A stretch of DNA of 64,000 bases, from positions 13,828-77,827 of the forward strand of contig CAYMXP010000002.1 of the NCBI GenBank assembly GCA_964394425.1. Reading direction: 5' to 3'. Below are positions 18,116-26,996 of the stretch, one piece after another. This DNA comes from an uncultured Chryseobacterium sp. (GTDB lineage: Bacteria; Bacteroidota; Bacteroidia; Flavobacteriales_F; PHOS-HE28). The position numbers were made by a program, and so were the translations under genes. The first letter of the stretch is position 1. Every line of letters begins with the position of its first letter. Below the pieces are notes generated by a model. It made no database searches. It saw nothing but the letters and a program-made list of their open reading frames with translations, and was not told the DNA's origin.

Positions 18116-20058
18116 CGCATGCTGAAGACGCCGGGATCGAATTCGATCCCGGCATGAGCGAGCGCGGCCTCTTTCATTCGCCGCAACCGTTCGCGATCGG
18201 CATCCAGCGCGAGGATCGCGGCCTCCATCTCCGCGACCGCCGTGGATCCCTCCACCGAGGAGGTGAGGATGGCCGTTCGTTCGTCCAGCCGCCCGGGCAC
18301 ATCGCCCACCGGGGTGCTGATCACGGCCAGCCCATGCGCCATCGCCTCGGCCACCACCATCGGGAAGCCCTCGCGCGAGGAGGTGAGCACCAGCACGTCG
18401 TGTTCGCCGTAGGTCCGGTCCAGCGCCGTAGGATCGCGGACGGTGCCGGTGAAGGTCACGTGGGCATGACCGGGCCGCGCCCCGGAGCCCGCCACGGTGA
18501 AGCGGAAGCGGCCGGCGCGCGCGTGATCAAGCCGGCGCGCGAGATCCAGGAAGAGGTCGAGCCGCTTCTCGGGGGAATCGCGCCCCACGAAGAGCACGCC
18601 CAGCCGTTGGTGGTCCTTCACCGCGCCGAACGATCCCACGGCGTTGGTGATCATCTCCACGCGGGGAAGGCGCGATCGCGGGACATGGTTGGCGAGCAGG
18701 AACTTCTCGAACTCGCCCATGGCGTGCCTGGCCACGAACACGAAGCGATCCACGCGGTGGATCAGCGGCAACCAGCCACGCTGCGCCAGGTTGCCGGCCG
18801 GCTGATGCAGGAAGGCGTGCTGCAGATGGATCGCGCGCACCCGCGGTCCCAGCAGGGGCAGCAGTTCCCAGAAGGTGGCCGTGAGCGAGGAGAACAGCAC
18901 CGGGGCGCGCCCGGCGTTGATCGCCGCCGCGATGGCGCGCACGGCGGCGGCCCGCGTGAGCGGATGGTTCAGCAGGCGCGGCAGTTCGACCACCGTGCCC
19001 GCGCGGCGAAAGCGCTCTTCGAAGGCGCGGTCCGTGGAGAACCCGGTGATCAGAACCAGCGGTCGCCGGTCGTTGACCGACGCGATGATCCGCGCATGCA
19101 CGTTCTCCGCGCCGCCCGCATCGAGGTATGGGAACAGAAAGAGGTGCCCGCCGTTCCACTGATCCAGTGCCGCGCTCAATGCCCTCCGCTCCCGCAGGAG
19201 CCTGATCGGCGAATAGGAAAGGAGGCGCCATGCGCCGCGGGCCAGCGGCATGCCCACGTTGCGCACGAGGTGCCGCGCCAGCGAGCGCGCCTGCGCCACG
19301 ATCACGCGGAGGTGGATCGGGCTCGCGCGAAGCCGCGACCAGTCCCCGACCAGGAAGCGGTGCCGTGCCTTGAGCAAGCGGAGCTCCACGGCTTTCTTCT
19401 TCTCGCCGGCCATGATGCTGCCCGCGTGCATGCGCAACCGAAGCAGGGGCTCGGGGATCTTCGCCAGCCGGTGGCCGCGCGCGAGGAGGCGCAGCCACAG
19501 GTCCCAATCTTCGGCGTGGCGCTGGCGCGGGGAATAGCGCAGCGCGCGCATCGCCTCCGCGCGGACCATCACCGAGCCGTGCGCGATGCAATTGGTGCGC
19601 GGCAGCATGCGCCGGATCGAGGCCTCGTCGGGCGTGGCGCGGTCCACGTCCCAGGTGCCGGTCGCCTCGCCGTCGGCGTTGATCAGCTCCACGAAGGAGG
19701 CCACGAGCGAAACCTGTGGGTGGTGGGCCAGGAAGTCGAGCTGCTTTCGCAGCCGTTCGGGGTGCATCACGTCGTCGGCGTCCATGCGCGCGATGAAGGC
19801 GCCGCGGGCGTGATCGATCCCTTCGTTCAGCGAAGCGATCAGGCCCATGTTCCCCGCATGATCGATCATGCGCACCCGCGGATCGGCGAAGGAGCGCAGG
19901 ATGTCCGCGCTTTCGTCCGTCGAGCCATCGTCGATCGCCAGCAGTTCGAGGTCGGTGAAGGACTGATCCAGCACGCTGCGCACCGCTTCGCGCAGGTGCG
20001 GTGCCGCGTTGTACACGGGCATCAGCACGGTGATGGCCGGTATGGCGGGGTCAGCCAT
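18082..20058 (-). CDS. Dual-domain glycosyltransferase: GT2 at the N-terminus, GT4 at the C-terminus. Likely the chain-extending enzyme of the ABC-dependent glycan.
   Basis: N-terminus 'ITVLMPVYNAAPHLREAVRSVLDQSFTDLELLAIDDGSTDES…MDADD' (GT2 DxD). C-terminal GT-B 'VLFVGRDSPEKRLDLFLDLARRL…VLVLTSSREGFPMVVAEAMAHGLAVISTPVGDVP'. Confidence 0.8.
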   Translation of the reverse strand: MADPAIPAITVLMPVYNAAPHLREAVRSVLDQSFTDLELLAIDDGSTDESADILRSFADPRVRMIDHAGNMGLIASLNEGIDHARGAFIARMDADDVMHPERLRKQLDFLAHHPQVSLVASFVELINADGEATGTWDVDRATPDEASIRRMLPRTNCIAHGSVMVRAEAMRALRYSPRQRHAEDWDLWLRLLARGHRLAKIPEPLLRLRMHAGSIMAGEKKKAVELRLLKARHRFLVGDWSRLRASPIHLRVIVAQARSLARHLVRNVGMPLARGAWRLLSYSPIRLLRERRALSAALDQWNGGHLFLFPYLDAGGAENVHARIIASVNDRRPLVLITGFSTDRAFEERFRRAGTVVELPRLLNHPLTRAAAVRAIAAAINAGRAPVLFSSLTATFWELLPLLGPRVRAIHLQHAFLHQPAGNLAQRGWLPLIHRVDRFVFVARHAMGEFEKFLLANHVPRSRLPRVEMITNAVGSFGAVKDHQRLGVLFVGRDSPEKRLDLFLDLARRLDHARAGRFRFTVAGSGARPGHAHVTFTGTVRDPTALDRTYGEHDVLVLTSSREGFPMVVAEAMAHGLAVISTPVGDVPGRLDERTAILTSSVEGSTAVAEMEAAILALDADRERLRRMKEAALAHAGIEFDPGVFSMRYRALLAPASS

Positions 20059-21241
20059 GCGGGGTGTTCACGAGCCGTTGGTAGTGCTCGAGGTATCGGT
20101 CGGCGATGATTCGCCAGGTGAACTTCTCCTTCCATGCACGGCGCCCCCGTGATCCGGCCGCTTGCAGACCTGTCCGGTCGGCGAGGAGACGTTCGAGCGT
20201 TCGCGCGCCCTCGTTCACATCGATCATCGTCCAGCCGATCGCATCGGTCCTGCCGGGGATCGTCCACCCGCCGCCGGTCCACGCGGCGACCTCCTTCGCG
20301 TTGCCGGCTTCCGAAGCCAGGAAGGGCACGCCGGCGGCCACCGACTCGAACAACACAAGCGGTGAGTTCTCCACGCGGCTGGGGAAGAGGAAGAGGTCGG
20401 CCTGCTTCATCGCATCCACGGTGGCCGCGCGGTCCGGCTCGAGGAAAAGGATGCGCTTCCTTCCCAGCCATGCGCGCAGGCGAAGGGCGAGGTAGCGCCA
20501 GTGCCCGCGGAAATGGCGGGCAAGGCGGTGGGCGCCGTGGCCGATGAAGACCAGCACCGCGTCGTTGGTCGCCGCGCGCACGAAGAGCCCGATCGCTTCG
20601 CGGTGGCCCTTGAGCCCGGTGTAGGCTCCCACGTGCAGCACCACGAGCTGGCGGGGGTGCAGGCCCAGTGATCCACGGAAGTCCGTCGAAGCCGGAGGAT
20701 CGAACTCCTCCTCCGCCGCGCCATTGGGGATCACCACGAGGTTGGTCACGCCGTGGTCCTGCGCGAACCGGATGTCCTGCGTGTGTTCGGACAGGAACAC
20801 GTTCAGGTCGATGGTCCGCATCCAGTGCGGCATGCGCCGGTAGTAGTCCGCGTAGCGCGGATCGTGCAGGCGGGAGAAGCCGGTGGGCACGAAGACCACC
20901 TTCGCGCGCGATCCGTCGGCGATGGGCAGTACCACGTCGGCCGTCCATTGCTGGGCGGCGAAGAGGGTGATCACGTCGAAGGGACCATCGCGCACCGCCT
21001 GGCGGTAGGTGGCCACGTCGCCGTGCAGGCCTTCCACCGCGTTGCCGCTGATGGCGAAGGAGCGCACCTGCACGCCGTTCATGGTGGCCGGGCCGCGGTC
21101 AGCGTGCGCCGAGGTGAACACCGTGACGCGGTGGCCGCGCGCGGCCATGCGTTCGCTGAGCTGCCGCACCACTTCGGCCATGCCGCCCATGGCGGGCGGG
21201 TAGTGCTCCACGCAATGGGCGATGTTCAGCGGGCGATCCAT
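20051..21241 (-). CDS. GT4-family glycosyltransferase.
   Basis: 'MDRPLNIAHCVEHYPPAMGGMAEVVRQLSERMAARGHRVTVFT' and C-terminal 'LFLFPSRVENSPLVLFESVAAGVPFLAS'. Start set at the internal ATG at 21241. Confidence 0.75.
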   Translation of the reverse strand: MDRPLNIAHCVEHYPPAMGGMAEVVRQLSERMAARGHRVTVFTSAHADRGPATMNGVQVRSFAISGNAVEGLHGDVATYRQAVRDGPFDVITLFAAQQWTADVVLPIADGSRAKVVFVPTGFSRLHDPRYADYYRRMPHWMRTIDLNVFLSEHTQDIRFAQDHGVTNLVVIPNGAAEEEFDPPASTDFRGSLGLHPRQLVVLHVGAYTGLKGHREAIGLFVRAATNDAVLVFIGHGAHRLARHFRGHWRYLALRLRAWLGRKRILFLEPDRAATVDAMKQADLFLFPSRVENSPLVLFESVAAGVPFLASEAGNAKEVAAWTGGGWTIPGRTDAIGWTMIDVNEGARTLERLLADRTGLQAAGSRGRRAWKEKFTWRIIADRYLEHYQRLVNTPHG

Positions 21242-22107
21242 CCGGCGGGAAGATCGGGGGCCTGTGCCGAAGCGAACCATTTCCTGGGAGCGATCACCGT
21301 CTTGTCGTTCCGGTCGTTGAGCCAGGCACCCCACCAGCTGAAGCTGCTGTTGGCGATGATGTGGTGACGGCACTGCTTCATCAACCAGAGGTCCCAATGG
21401 CCGTTGCGCCCCGTGTTGTGGTCCACCACGGTGTGCGGCAGCCCGAGGTCCAGATGCTCGCGCACCCATTCGGGGTCGTCGGTGAACACGAAGAAGTGCA
21501 GGGCTCCCTTCTCCGCCGCGAGCCAGCGTGCCGCCTCGCGGTGGTAGGCGGGATCCAGCAGGCCGTGGTGGGCGTGCGTCGGCGCGTTGTCCGCGTAGTC
21601 GCCGCGCCGCACATGCAGGCTGGCGCTCACGGTGGCGCCGATCGCATCGCGCAATGCGAGGTTCGCCTCCGAGGGTGGATCATGCGGCACGAAGAGCCGT
21701 TCGCGCAGGGCGCGCGCATGCGGCGCGAAGTACCGCTCGTCCTGCCAGTAGCCTTCGATCAACACGGGCGCGCGCTGATCGAACAGCGCGGGATCGAACG
21801 CCGTTGAGCGCTCCATGTAATGCCGCCGCCCGCCACCGGCAATGCGGCCGATCGTCCGGCGGACGATGTTCCCGCTTCCGCCCGGCCCGCCGGCCCCATC
21901 CTCACCGGCGATCCGCACCGGACATTGGAACACGTCGAGTTCCAACGCGCGCGGCGTCCAGTCCATGCCGGCCGGCCGCGCATCCAGGGCGCTCCGATCC
22001 ACGAGCAACGGCACGCCCAGGCGCTCAGCCAGTGCGTATCCGGCCGCGTACTGGAACATCTGGTTGCCCAGTCCGCCCTTGAGCCGGGTGATCACGCAGG
22101 GCTCCAT
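21226..22107 (-). CDS. GT11-family alpha-1,2-fucosyltransferase.
   Basis: Hallmark motifs 'LKGGLGNQMFQYAAGYALAERLGVPLLVD' and 'VSASLHVRRGDY'. Start at the ATG at 22107 (MEPCVITR), which overlaps the methyltransferase stop (ATGA). The 236 codons upstream in the same ORF are Arg/Gly/Pro-rich GC artefact. Confidence 0.8.
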   Translation of the reverse strand: MEPCVITRLKGGLGNQMFQYAAGYALAERLGVPLLVDRSALDARPAGMDWTPRALELDVFQCPVRIAGEDGAGGPGGSGNIVRRTIGRIAGGGRRHYMERSTAFDPALFDQRAPVLIEGYWQDERYFAPHARALRERLFVPHDPPSEANLALRDAIGATVSASLHVRRGDYADNAPTHAHHGLLDPAYHREAARWLAAEKGALHFFVFTDDPEWVREHLDLGLPHTVVDHNTGRNGHWDLWLMKQCRHHIIANSSFSWWGAWLNDRNDKTVIAPRKWFASAQAPDLPAGWIAR

Positions 22108-22847
22108 CACGCGAGGTTGCGTGTGGCCACCAGCCCGCAGAACGGCGAGAACGCGCGGCCCTCGGGCATCGCTCGAAGCAACGGACCGATCATGCGCAGC
22201 GCCCGGTCGCCCATGCGCACCAGCGCATTGCGGCGCGGGCTGTCGTGCCAGAAGGCGAAGCGGCCGAAGCAACGCGCGTCGCGGATGGTGAAGCCTTCGC
22301 GCTCCAGCAGCCGCGACCAGGCGCGCGGATCCATCGCGGGGACGTGATGGCGCTTGAAATTCTCCGCATCGAGCAGAGCGTGCAGCAGGCGCTGGCCCCA
22401 GCCGCCGAAGTTGGGCGTCTCGATCAGGAGCGTGCCGCCGGGGCGCACCAGCGCCGCGTGCCTCAGCAACACGCCACGCCAGTCGGTGAAGTGCTCGATG
22501 AAGCCGAAGGAACACACCAGGTCGTAGGTGCGCGCGAACGGATGCTGGAGGAAGTCGCCGTGCGTGAACAGGCCGGTGCGCAGGCCCATGGCCTCCATCG
22601 CCGCCCGCATGCGCGCCACCTCCGGCGTGAGGTCGATCCCATGCACCGTGTAGCCAAGCGCGCCGATCACCGCGAGGTAGCGGCCGGGGAAGCAGCCTAT
22701 CTCGATCGCGTGGCGCTCGTCCTTCACCGGAGGGACGTGCGTTCCGATCCACCGGCGCACCGGATCGTCCGCCGCGGCCATCACGGGTTCCATGCCCGCG
22801 TAGGCGCGGTCCCAATAGGACTGGTCGACCAGCACGCGATCGCTCAT
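22107..22847 (-). CDS. Class I SAM-dependent methyltransferase.
   Basis: SAM-binding motif I 'AIEIGCFPGRYLAVIGALGYTVHGIDL' and 'LVRPGGTLLIETPNFG'. Translationally coupled to both wzt (upstream) and the fucosyltransferase (downstream). Confidence 0.75.
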   Translation of the reverse strand: MSDRVLVDQSYWDRAYAGMEPVMAAADDPVRRWIGTHVPPVKDERHAIEIGCFPGRYLAVIGALGYTVHGIDLTPEVARMRAAMEAMGLRTGLFTHGDFLQHPFARTYDLVCSFGFIEHFTDWRGVLLRHAALVRPGGTLLIETPNFGGWGQRLLHALLDAENFKRHHVPAMDPRAWSRLLEREGFTIRDARCFGRFAFWHDSPRRNALVRMGDRALRMIGPLLRAMPEGRAFSPFCGLVATRNLA

Positions 22848-24049
22848 GGCGTGATGGCGCCGCAGGTGGCGCGGGGCACCAGCAGCACGTCGGGTACGCG
22901 GTCGTGCGCGATGCCGCGGTTGCTCGGGCTGAGCAGCATGGCGTTCTCGATCACCACGCTGTACGGTTCGTCCTTCGCCGGGCGGATCCCCAGGTCCAGC
23001 CGGATGTCGCGATCCACCAGGCCGGGGTTGTTCACGGAGAAGCGCACGCCACGGGCGGCGGGATCATCCGAGGAGAACCCGGGCATGGTGTGGCTTTGCA
23101 GCGCGAAGAGCTTCTCGCCCTCCAGCGTGTAGCAGGCGATGTCGGCGTGCCAGCCCGGTGCGAAGCGCCCGCGATCCCAGGCGATGTCGATCCGCAGCGC
23201 GGTTCCTTGCGCCCATTCACCGGAGGGATCCTCGGGCGTGGCGCTGATCGCGAAGCCGCCGTGCGTGGCGCGGTGACCGACGCCGAAGTACAGCGGCAGC
23301 ACCTTGTCGGTGGCGTCGAAGGCCTGCACGCGCCCCTGGTCCAGGAAGATGCATCGCTCGCAGAAGGCGCGGATGGCGCCCATGTTGTGGCTCACGAAGA
23401 GGATGGTGCGGCCCTGCGTGGTGCTGATCTCCCGCATGCGGCCCAGGCATTTGCGCTGGAACTCCGCGTCGCCCACGGCCAGCACCTCGTCCACCAGCAG
23501 GATCTCCGGCTCCAGGTGCGCGGCCACCGCGAAGGCCAGCCGCACGTACATGCCGCTGGAGTACCGCTTCACCGGGGTATCCAGGAATTTCTCCACCTCG
23601 GCGAAGGCCACGATCTCCTCGAAGCGATGGTCGATCTCCGAGCGGCCCATGCCCAGGATCGAACCGTTCAGGTAGATGTTCTCCCGGCCGGTGAGCTCGG
23701 GATGGAATCCGGTGCCCACCTCGAGCAGGCTGGCCACGCGGCCTTCGAGCACCACGCGGCCCGCGCTGGGTTCCACGATGCGGCTGAGGATCTTCAGCAG
23801 CGTGCTCTTGCCCGCGCCGTTGCGGCCGATGATGCCCACGCGCTCGCCGGGCTTCACGCTGAACGACACGTCCCGCAACGCGTGGAACTCCTCGCGCGTC
23901 AGGGGTGCGTTCGCGCGCGGACGGAAGAGGGCGCGCGCGCGGTCGGCGATCACGTCGCGCAGCGCCACGTAACGCTGCGGCTGCTGGTGGCGGAGGGTAT
24001 ATCGCTTGCCCAGGCCTTCGACGGTGATGATCGGCGTGCTCATGCGCAT
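22844..24049 (-). CDS. wzt: Wzt-like ABC transporter ATP-binding protein for polysaccharide export, with a ~150-aa C-terminal extension that is a putative glycan-binding domain.
   Basis: Walker A 'GIIGRNGAGKSTLLKIL', signature 'YSSGMYVRLAFAVA', Walker B 'ILLVDEVLAVGD', H-loop 'ILFVSHNM'. A further ~150 aa follow the NBD. Start at 24049 (MRMSTP) overlaps the wzm stop. Confidence 0.85.
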   Translation of the reverse strand: MRMSTPIITVEGLGKRYTLRHQQPQRYVALRDVIADRARALFRPRANAPLTREEFHALRDVSFSVKPGERVGIIGRNGAGKSTLLKILSRIVEPSAGRVVLEGRVASLLEVGTGFHPELTGRENIYLNGSILGMGRSEIDHRFEEIVAFAEVEKFLDTPVKRYSSGMYVRLAFAVAAHLEPEILLVDEVLAVGDAEFQRKCLGRMREISTTQGRTILFVSHNMGAIRAFCERCIFLDQGRVQAFDATDKVLPLYFGVGHRATHGGFAISATPEDPSGEWAQGTALRIDIAWDRGRFAPGWHADIACYTLEGEKLFALQSHTMPGFSSDDPAARGVRFSVNNPGLVDRDIRLDLGIRPAKDEPYSVVIENAMLLSPSNRGIAHDRVPDVLLVPRATCGAITP

Positions 24050-24891
24050 CAGATCACATCGGCGAAGGAGCGTTCCATGCGGCGGAAGGTGCGGATGCCC
24101 AGCTGCAGCAGCAGCAGGCCCACGCCCACGCTGATGGCGAAGCCCGTGGCGTGCAGCGGCACGCCGCCGCCCAGCAGGCACCAGCGGAAGCCGTCGATCA
24201 CGCCCACCATCGGGTTCAGGGTGTAGATGAACTTGATCGCGTCCGGGATGCGCGTGCTGGCATGGATGTCCTCGCTGGTGAAGGCGATGGGGGAGACGTA
24301 GAGGCCGAACTGCACGATGAAGGGCACCACGTAGCGGAGATCACGGTAGCGCACGTTCAGCGCGGCCGTGTACAGGCCCGCGCCCATCGCGGTGACCAGC
24401 GCCAGCAGCAGGAAGAGCGGCAGCAGGAGGATCTTTTCATCGGGCACGAACCGGTACAGCAGCATCAGGACCAGCAGGATCGCGAGGGAGATCGCGAAGT
24501 CCAGCAGGCTCACCAGCACCGCGCCGGCCGGCACGATCATGCGTGGGAAGTAGACCTTGGTGAGCAGGTTGCTGTTGGCGATGAGGCTGTTGCTCGCTTC
24601 GCTGAAGGCCGAGGCGAAGAAGGTCCAGGGCAGGGTGGCGGCGGCCACCAGCAAAAGCCGCGGCACGCCCTGGGGCACTTCGCTGTGGAAGAGCCAGCCG
24701 ATGAAGGCCATCATCGCGAGCGTCAGGAGCGGACGGATCACCGCCCACGCCACGCCGATGGCCGTCTGCTTGTAGCGCACCAGCACGTCGCGCCAGGCCA
24801 GGAAATAGAACAGGCCGCGGTAGGTGGCCAGATCGCGCCAATACCGCCGCCCGCTGGATCCCGGTTCGATGACGATGCGATGGGTGCTCAT
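24049..24891 (-). CDS. wzm: ABC-2-type polysaccharide export permease (Wzm/KpsM-like).
   Basis: Six TM helices and the ABC-2 pattern 'YRGLFYFLAWRDVLVRYKQTAIGVAWAVIRPLLTLAMMAFIGWLF'. Adjacent to wzt. Confidence 0.8.
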   Translation of the reverse strand: MSTHRIVIEPGSSGRRYWRDLATYRGLFYFLAWRDVLVRYKQTAIGVAWAVIRPLLTLAMMAFIGWLFHSEVPQGVPRLLLVAAATLPWTFFASAFSEASNSLIANSNLLTKVYFPRMIVPAGAVLVSLLDFAISLAILLVLMLLYRFVPDEKILLLPLFLLLALVTAMGAGLYTAALNVRYRDLRYVVPFIVQFGLYVSPIAFTSEDIHASTRIPDAIKFIYTLNPMVGVIDGFRWCLLGGGVPLHATGFAISVGVGLLLLQLGIRTFRRMERSFADVI

Positions 24892-24982
24892 GCGGCGGAC
24901 GCAATAATACCGATCGCCCTCCGGGCCGGGGATGGATCGCGCGGCATCCGGCTACCTTCGGCGGCGTTCAACCCCATCGCGC

Positions 24983-25477
24983 ATGCCCACCCACTTCCTC
25001 CCCGACGCCACGGGCCGCACCGAGCGCCCCGGCGTGATCGCCGTGTTCGGCCTCTTGAGCTTCATCAACTGCGGGATCTTCCTGATCGTGTACGCGCTGG
25101 TGGCGATGGCCATGGTGGCCTTCCAGAGCATGCCGCTGGAGGAGGTGACGGCCGCGATGCACGAGGGCATGGCCCAATACAGCGGCATGTTCAGCGAGGA
25201 ACAGCTGGCGCAGGTCGATGAGATCGTCCCCATCCTTCACGCCAACGGGGTCACGGTGCTGCTGTTGCTGCTCGGTCGCACGGTGGCGCGCCTGATCGGC
25301 GCGATCGGGATCTGGAAGGGGAGGAGGAGCGGTTACTTCACCTATGCCACCGCGCAGGTCGCGGGCATCTTCCTGCCGCACCTGGTGCTGCCCCTCAAGT
25401 ACCTGGGGATCTTCGGTCCGCTGATGGCCGTGGCCATGTGCGTGATCTACGGCACGCAGCTCAAGCGCATGCAATGA
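24983..25477 (+). CDS. Hypothetical small membrane protein.
   Basis: Four hydrophobic helices ('GVIAVFGLLSFINCGIFLIVYALVAMAMVAF', 'VLLLLLGRTVARLIGAIGIW', …) and no recognisable family motif. Start uncertain. Confidence 0.4.
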   Translation: MPTHFLPDATGRTERPGVIAVFGLLSFINCGIFLIVYALVAMAMVAFQSMPLEEVTAAMHEGMAQYSGMFSEEQLAQVDEIVPILHANGVTVLLLLLGRTVARLIGAIGIWKGRRSGYFTYATAQVAGIFLPHLVLPLKYLGIFGPLMAVAMCVIYGTQLKRMQ

Positions 25478-25855
25478 TCACTTGCGCACCGCGATCCCGC
25501 TGATCTCCACGTTCACCAGGCGGGGCAGTTCCTTGATGGCGATGGTCTCGCGCGCGGGCGCATCGCCCTTGAAGTAGCCCAGGTACACGCGGTTCATCTC
25601 GGCATAGTGCTGCATGTTGGTCAGGTACACGGTGCATTTCACCAGGTCGTCGTAGTCCAGCCCGGCGGCCTTGAGCACCTCGCCCAGGTTGTCCATCACC
25701 TGCTTGGTCTCCTCGGCGATGTTGCCCGTGCGCAGCTGGCGCGTTTCCTTCACGTTGGCGATCTGGCCGCTGATGAACACGAAGCCGTTGGCCTCGACGG
25801 CCGCGGTGTAGGGGGTGTCGGTGGGGGCGCCGGCGGGGCGGATGGAGCGTTTCAT
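25478..25855 (-). CDS. ridA: RidA/YjgF/L-PSP-family reactive-intermediate deaminase.
   Basis: The 125 aa 'MKRSIRPAGAPTDTPYTAAVEANGFVFISGQIA…VKCTVYLTNMQHYAEMNRVYLGYF…ARETIAIKELPRLVNVEISGIAVRK' match the family. The long upstream in-frame extension in the ORF track is not credible. Confidence 0.85.
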   Translation of the reverse strand: MKRSIRPAGAPTDTPYTAAVEANGFVFISGQIANVKETRQLRTGNIAEETKQVMDNLGEVLKAAGLDYDDLVKCTVYLTNMQHYAEMNRVYLGYFKGDAPARETIAIKELPRLVNVEISGIAVRK

Positions 25856-25936
25856 GGGAGGGCGAAGTTGCGCAACGAACGGCAAAGGTCCACCCTCGCC
25901 GCCCTCAACCTCCACCGCGGATAGCTTTGCCGCCCC

Positions 25937-26710
25937 ATGGACCGGCCGCTCATCCTCGCCACCAACGACGACGGCATCTTCGCCGGCGGCCTGCGCGTGC
26001 TGGTGGAGGAGATGAAAGCCTTCGGCCGGGTGCTGGTGGTGGCGCCCGACAAGCCGCAGAGCGCCATGGGCCACGCGATCACCGTGCATCATTACCTCCG
26101 GCTGGAGAAGGAAAGCTTCGTGGATGGCGTGGAGGCCTGGAAATGCAGCGGCACCCCGGTGGACTGCGTGAAGCTGGCGATCTACAAGCTGCTGGGCGGG
26201 AGCAAGCCCGACCTGCTGGTGAGCGGCATCAACCACGGAAGCAACATCTCGATCAACGTGCTCTACAGCGGCACCATGAGCGCGGCGGTGGAAGGCGCGC
26301 TGGAAGGGATCCCATCCATCGGCTTCAGCCTGATGGACCACAGCATCGAGGCCTCCTTCGCGCACGCGCGCCCGGTGGTGCGTTCGGTGATGACCAACGC
26401 GATGAAGCACGGCCTGCCCGACCGGACCTGCCTGAACGTGAACATCCCCACCGAGGAGAAGGGGCCGCTGAAGGGCATCCGCGTCTGCCGGCAGGCACGC
26501 GCATACTGGGAGGACGACTTCGAGACCCGCCGCGATCCTTCCGGAAAGGAGTATTACTGGTTGCGCGGCGAGTTCCGCAACCACGACGAGGGCGAGGACA
26601 CCGACGTGTGGGCCACCCAGCACGGCTTCGTGAGCGTGGTGCCCGTGCAGTACGACATGACCGCCCATCATGGCATCGCGGCGCTCAACGGCTGGACACA
26701 TGCGCTTTGA
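25937..26710 (+). CDS. surE: 5'/3'-nucleotidase SurE.
   Basis: 'MDRPLILATNDDGIFAGGLRVLVEEMKAFGRVLVVAPDKPQSAMGHAIT…SGINHGSNISINVLYSGTMSAAVEG'. Confidence 0.9.
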   Translation: MDRPLILATNDDGIFAGGLRVLVEEMKAFGRVLVVAPDKPQSAMGHAITVHHYLRLEKESFVDGVEAWKCSGTPVDCVKLAIYKLLGGSKPDLLVSGINHGSNISINVLYSGTMSAAVEGALEGIPSIGFSLMDHSIEASFAHARPVVRSVMTNAMKHGLPDRTCLNVNIPTEEKGPLKGIRVCRQARAYWEDDFETRRDPSGKEYYWLRGEFRNHDEGEDTDVWATQHGFVSVVPVQYDMTAHHGIAALNGWTHAL

Positions 26711-26996
26711 TCGCATGAGCACGGGCCTCATCGCCGGACTGGTCGCGCCGGTGATCGGCTTCTTCCTGTACGGGCTGATCCACACCGGGTTGATCCGCCC
26801 GCACCTGGAGATGCAGGATTACATCTTCGACCTCTTCCTGGGCACGCGCGAATACCAGCCCAAGATCCTCTCCCTGTCGCTGATCGCCAACGTGCCGTTG
26901 TTCTTCTGGTTCGATCGCATGGGCTGGCACCGCGCCATGCGCGGGGTGATCGCTTCGATGTTCATCTACGGCATCGTGATCGTGGTGCTCTGGTGA
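26700..26996 (+). CDS. Small hypothetical membrane protein between surE and lpxB.
   Basis: Three hydrophobic helices ('GLIAGLVAPVIGFFLYGLIHTGLI', 'LSLSLIANVPLFFWF', 'VIASMFIYGIVIVVLW'). The alternative start ATG at 26715 would avoid overlap with surE. Its stop overlaps the lpxB start. Confidence 0.4.
   Translation: MRFDRMSTGLIAGLVAPVIGFFLYGLIHTGLIRPHLEMQDYIFDLFLGTREYQPKILSLSLIANVPLFFWFDRMGWHRAMRGVIASMFIYGIVIVVLW

Noticed and set aside
18052-20109. A 685-aa ORF antisense to the GT2-GT4 glycosyltransferase.
   Set aside because: No motifs and an RG-rich composition. The opposite strand encodes a well-supported dual glycosyltransferase.
21226-22815. The full 529-aa ORF as the fucosyltransferase.
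   Set aside because: The first 236 codons are Arg/Pro/Gly-rich with no similarity to anything. GT11 homology begins at the ATG at 22107, which also forms an ATGA overlap with the upstream gene.
25478-26785. A 435-aa ORF containing RidA.
   Set aside because: Only the last 125 codons match RidA. The upstream part overlaps surE on the opposite strand and is compositionally artefactual.
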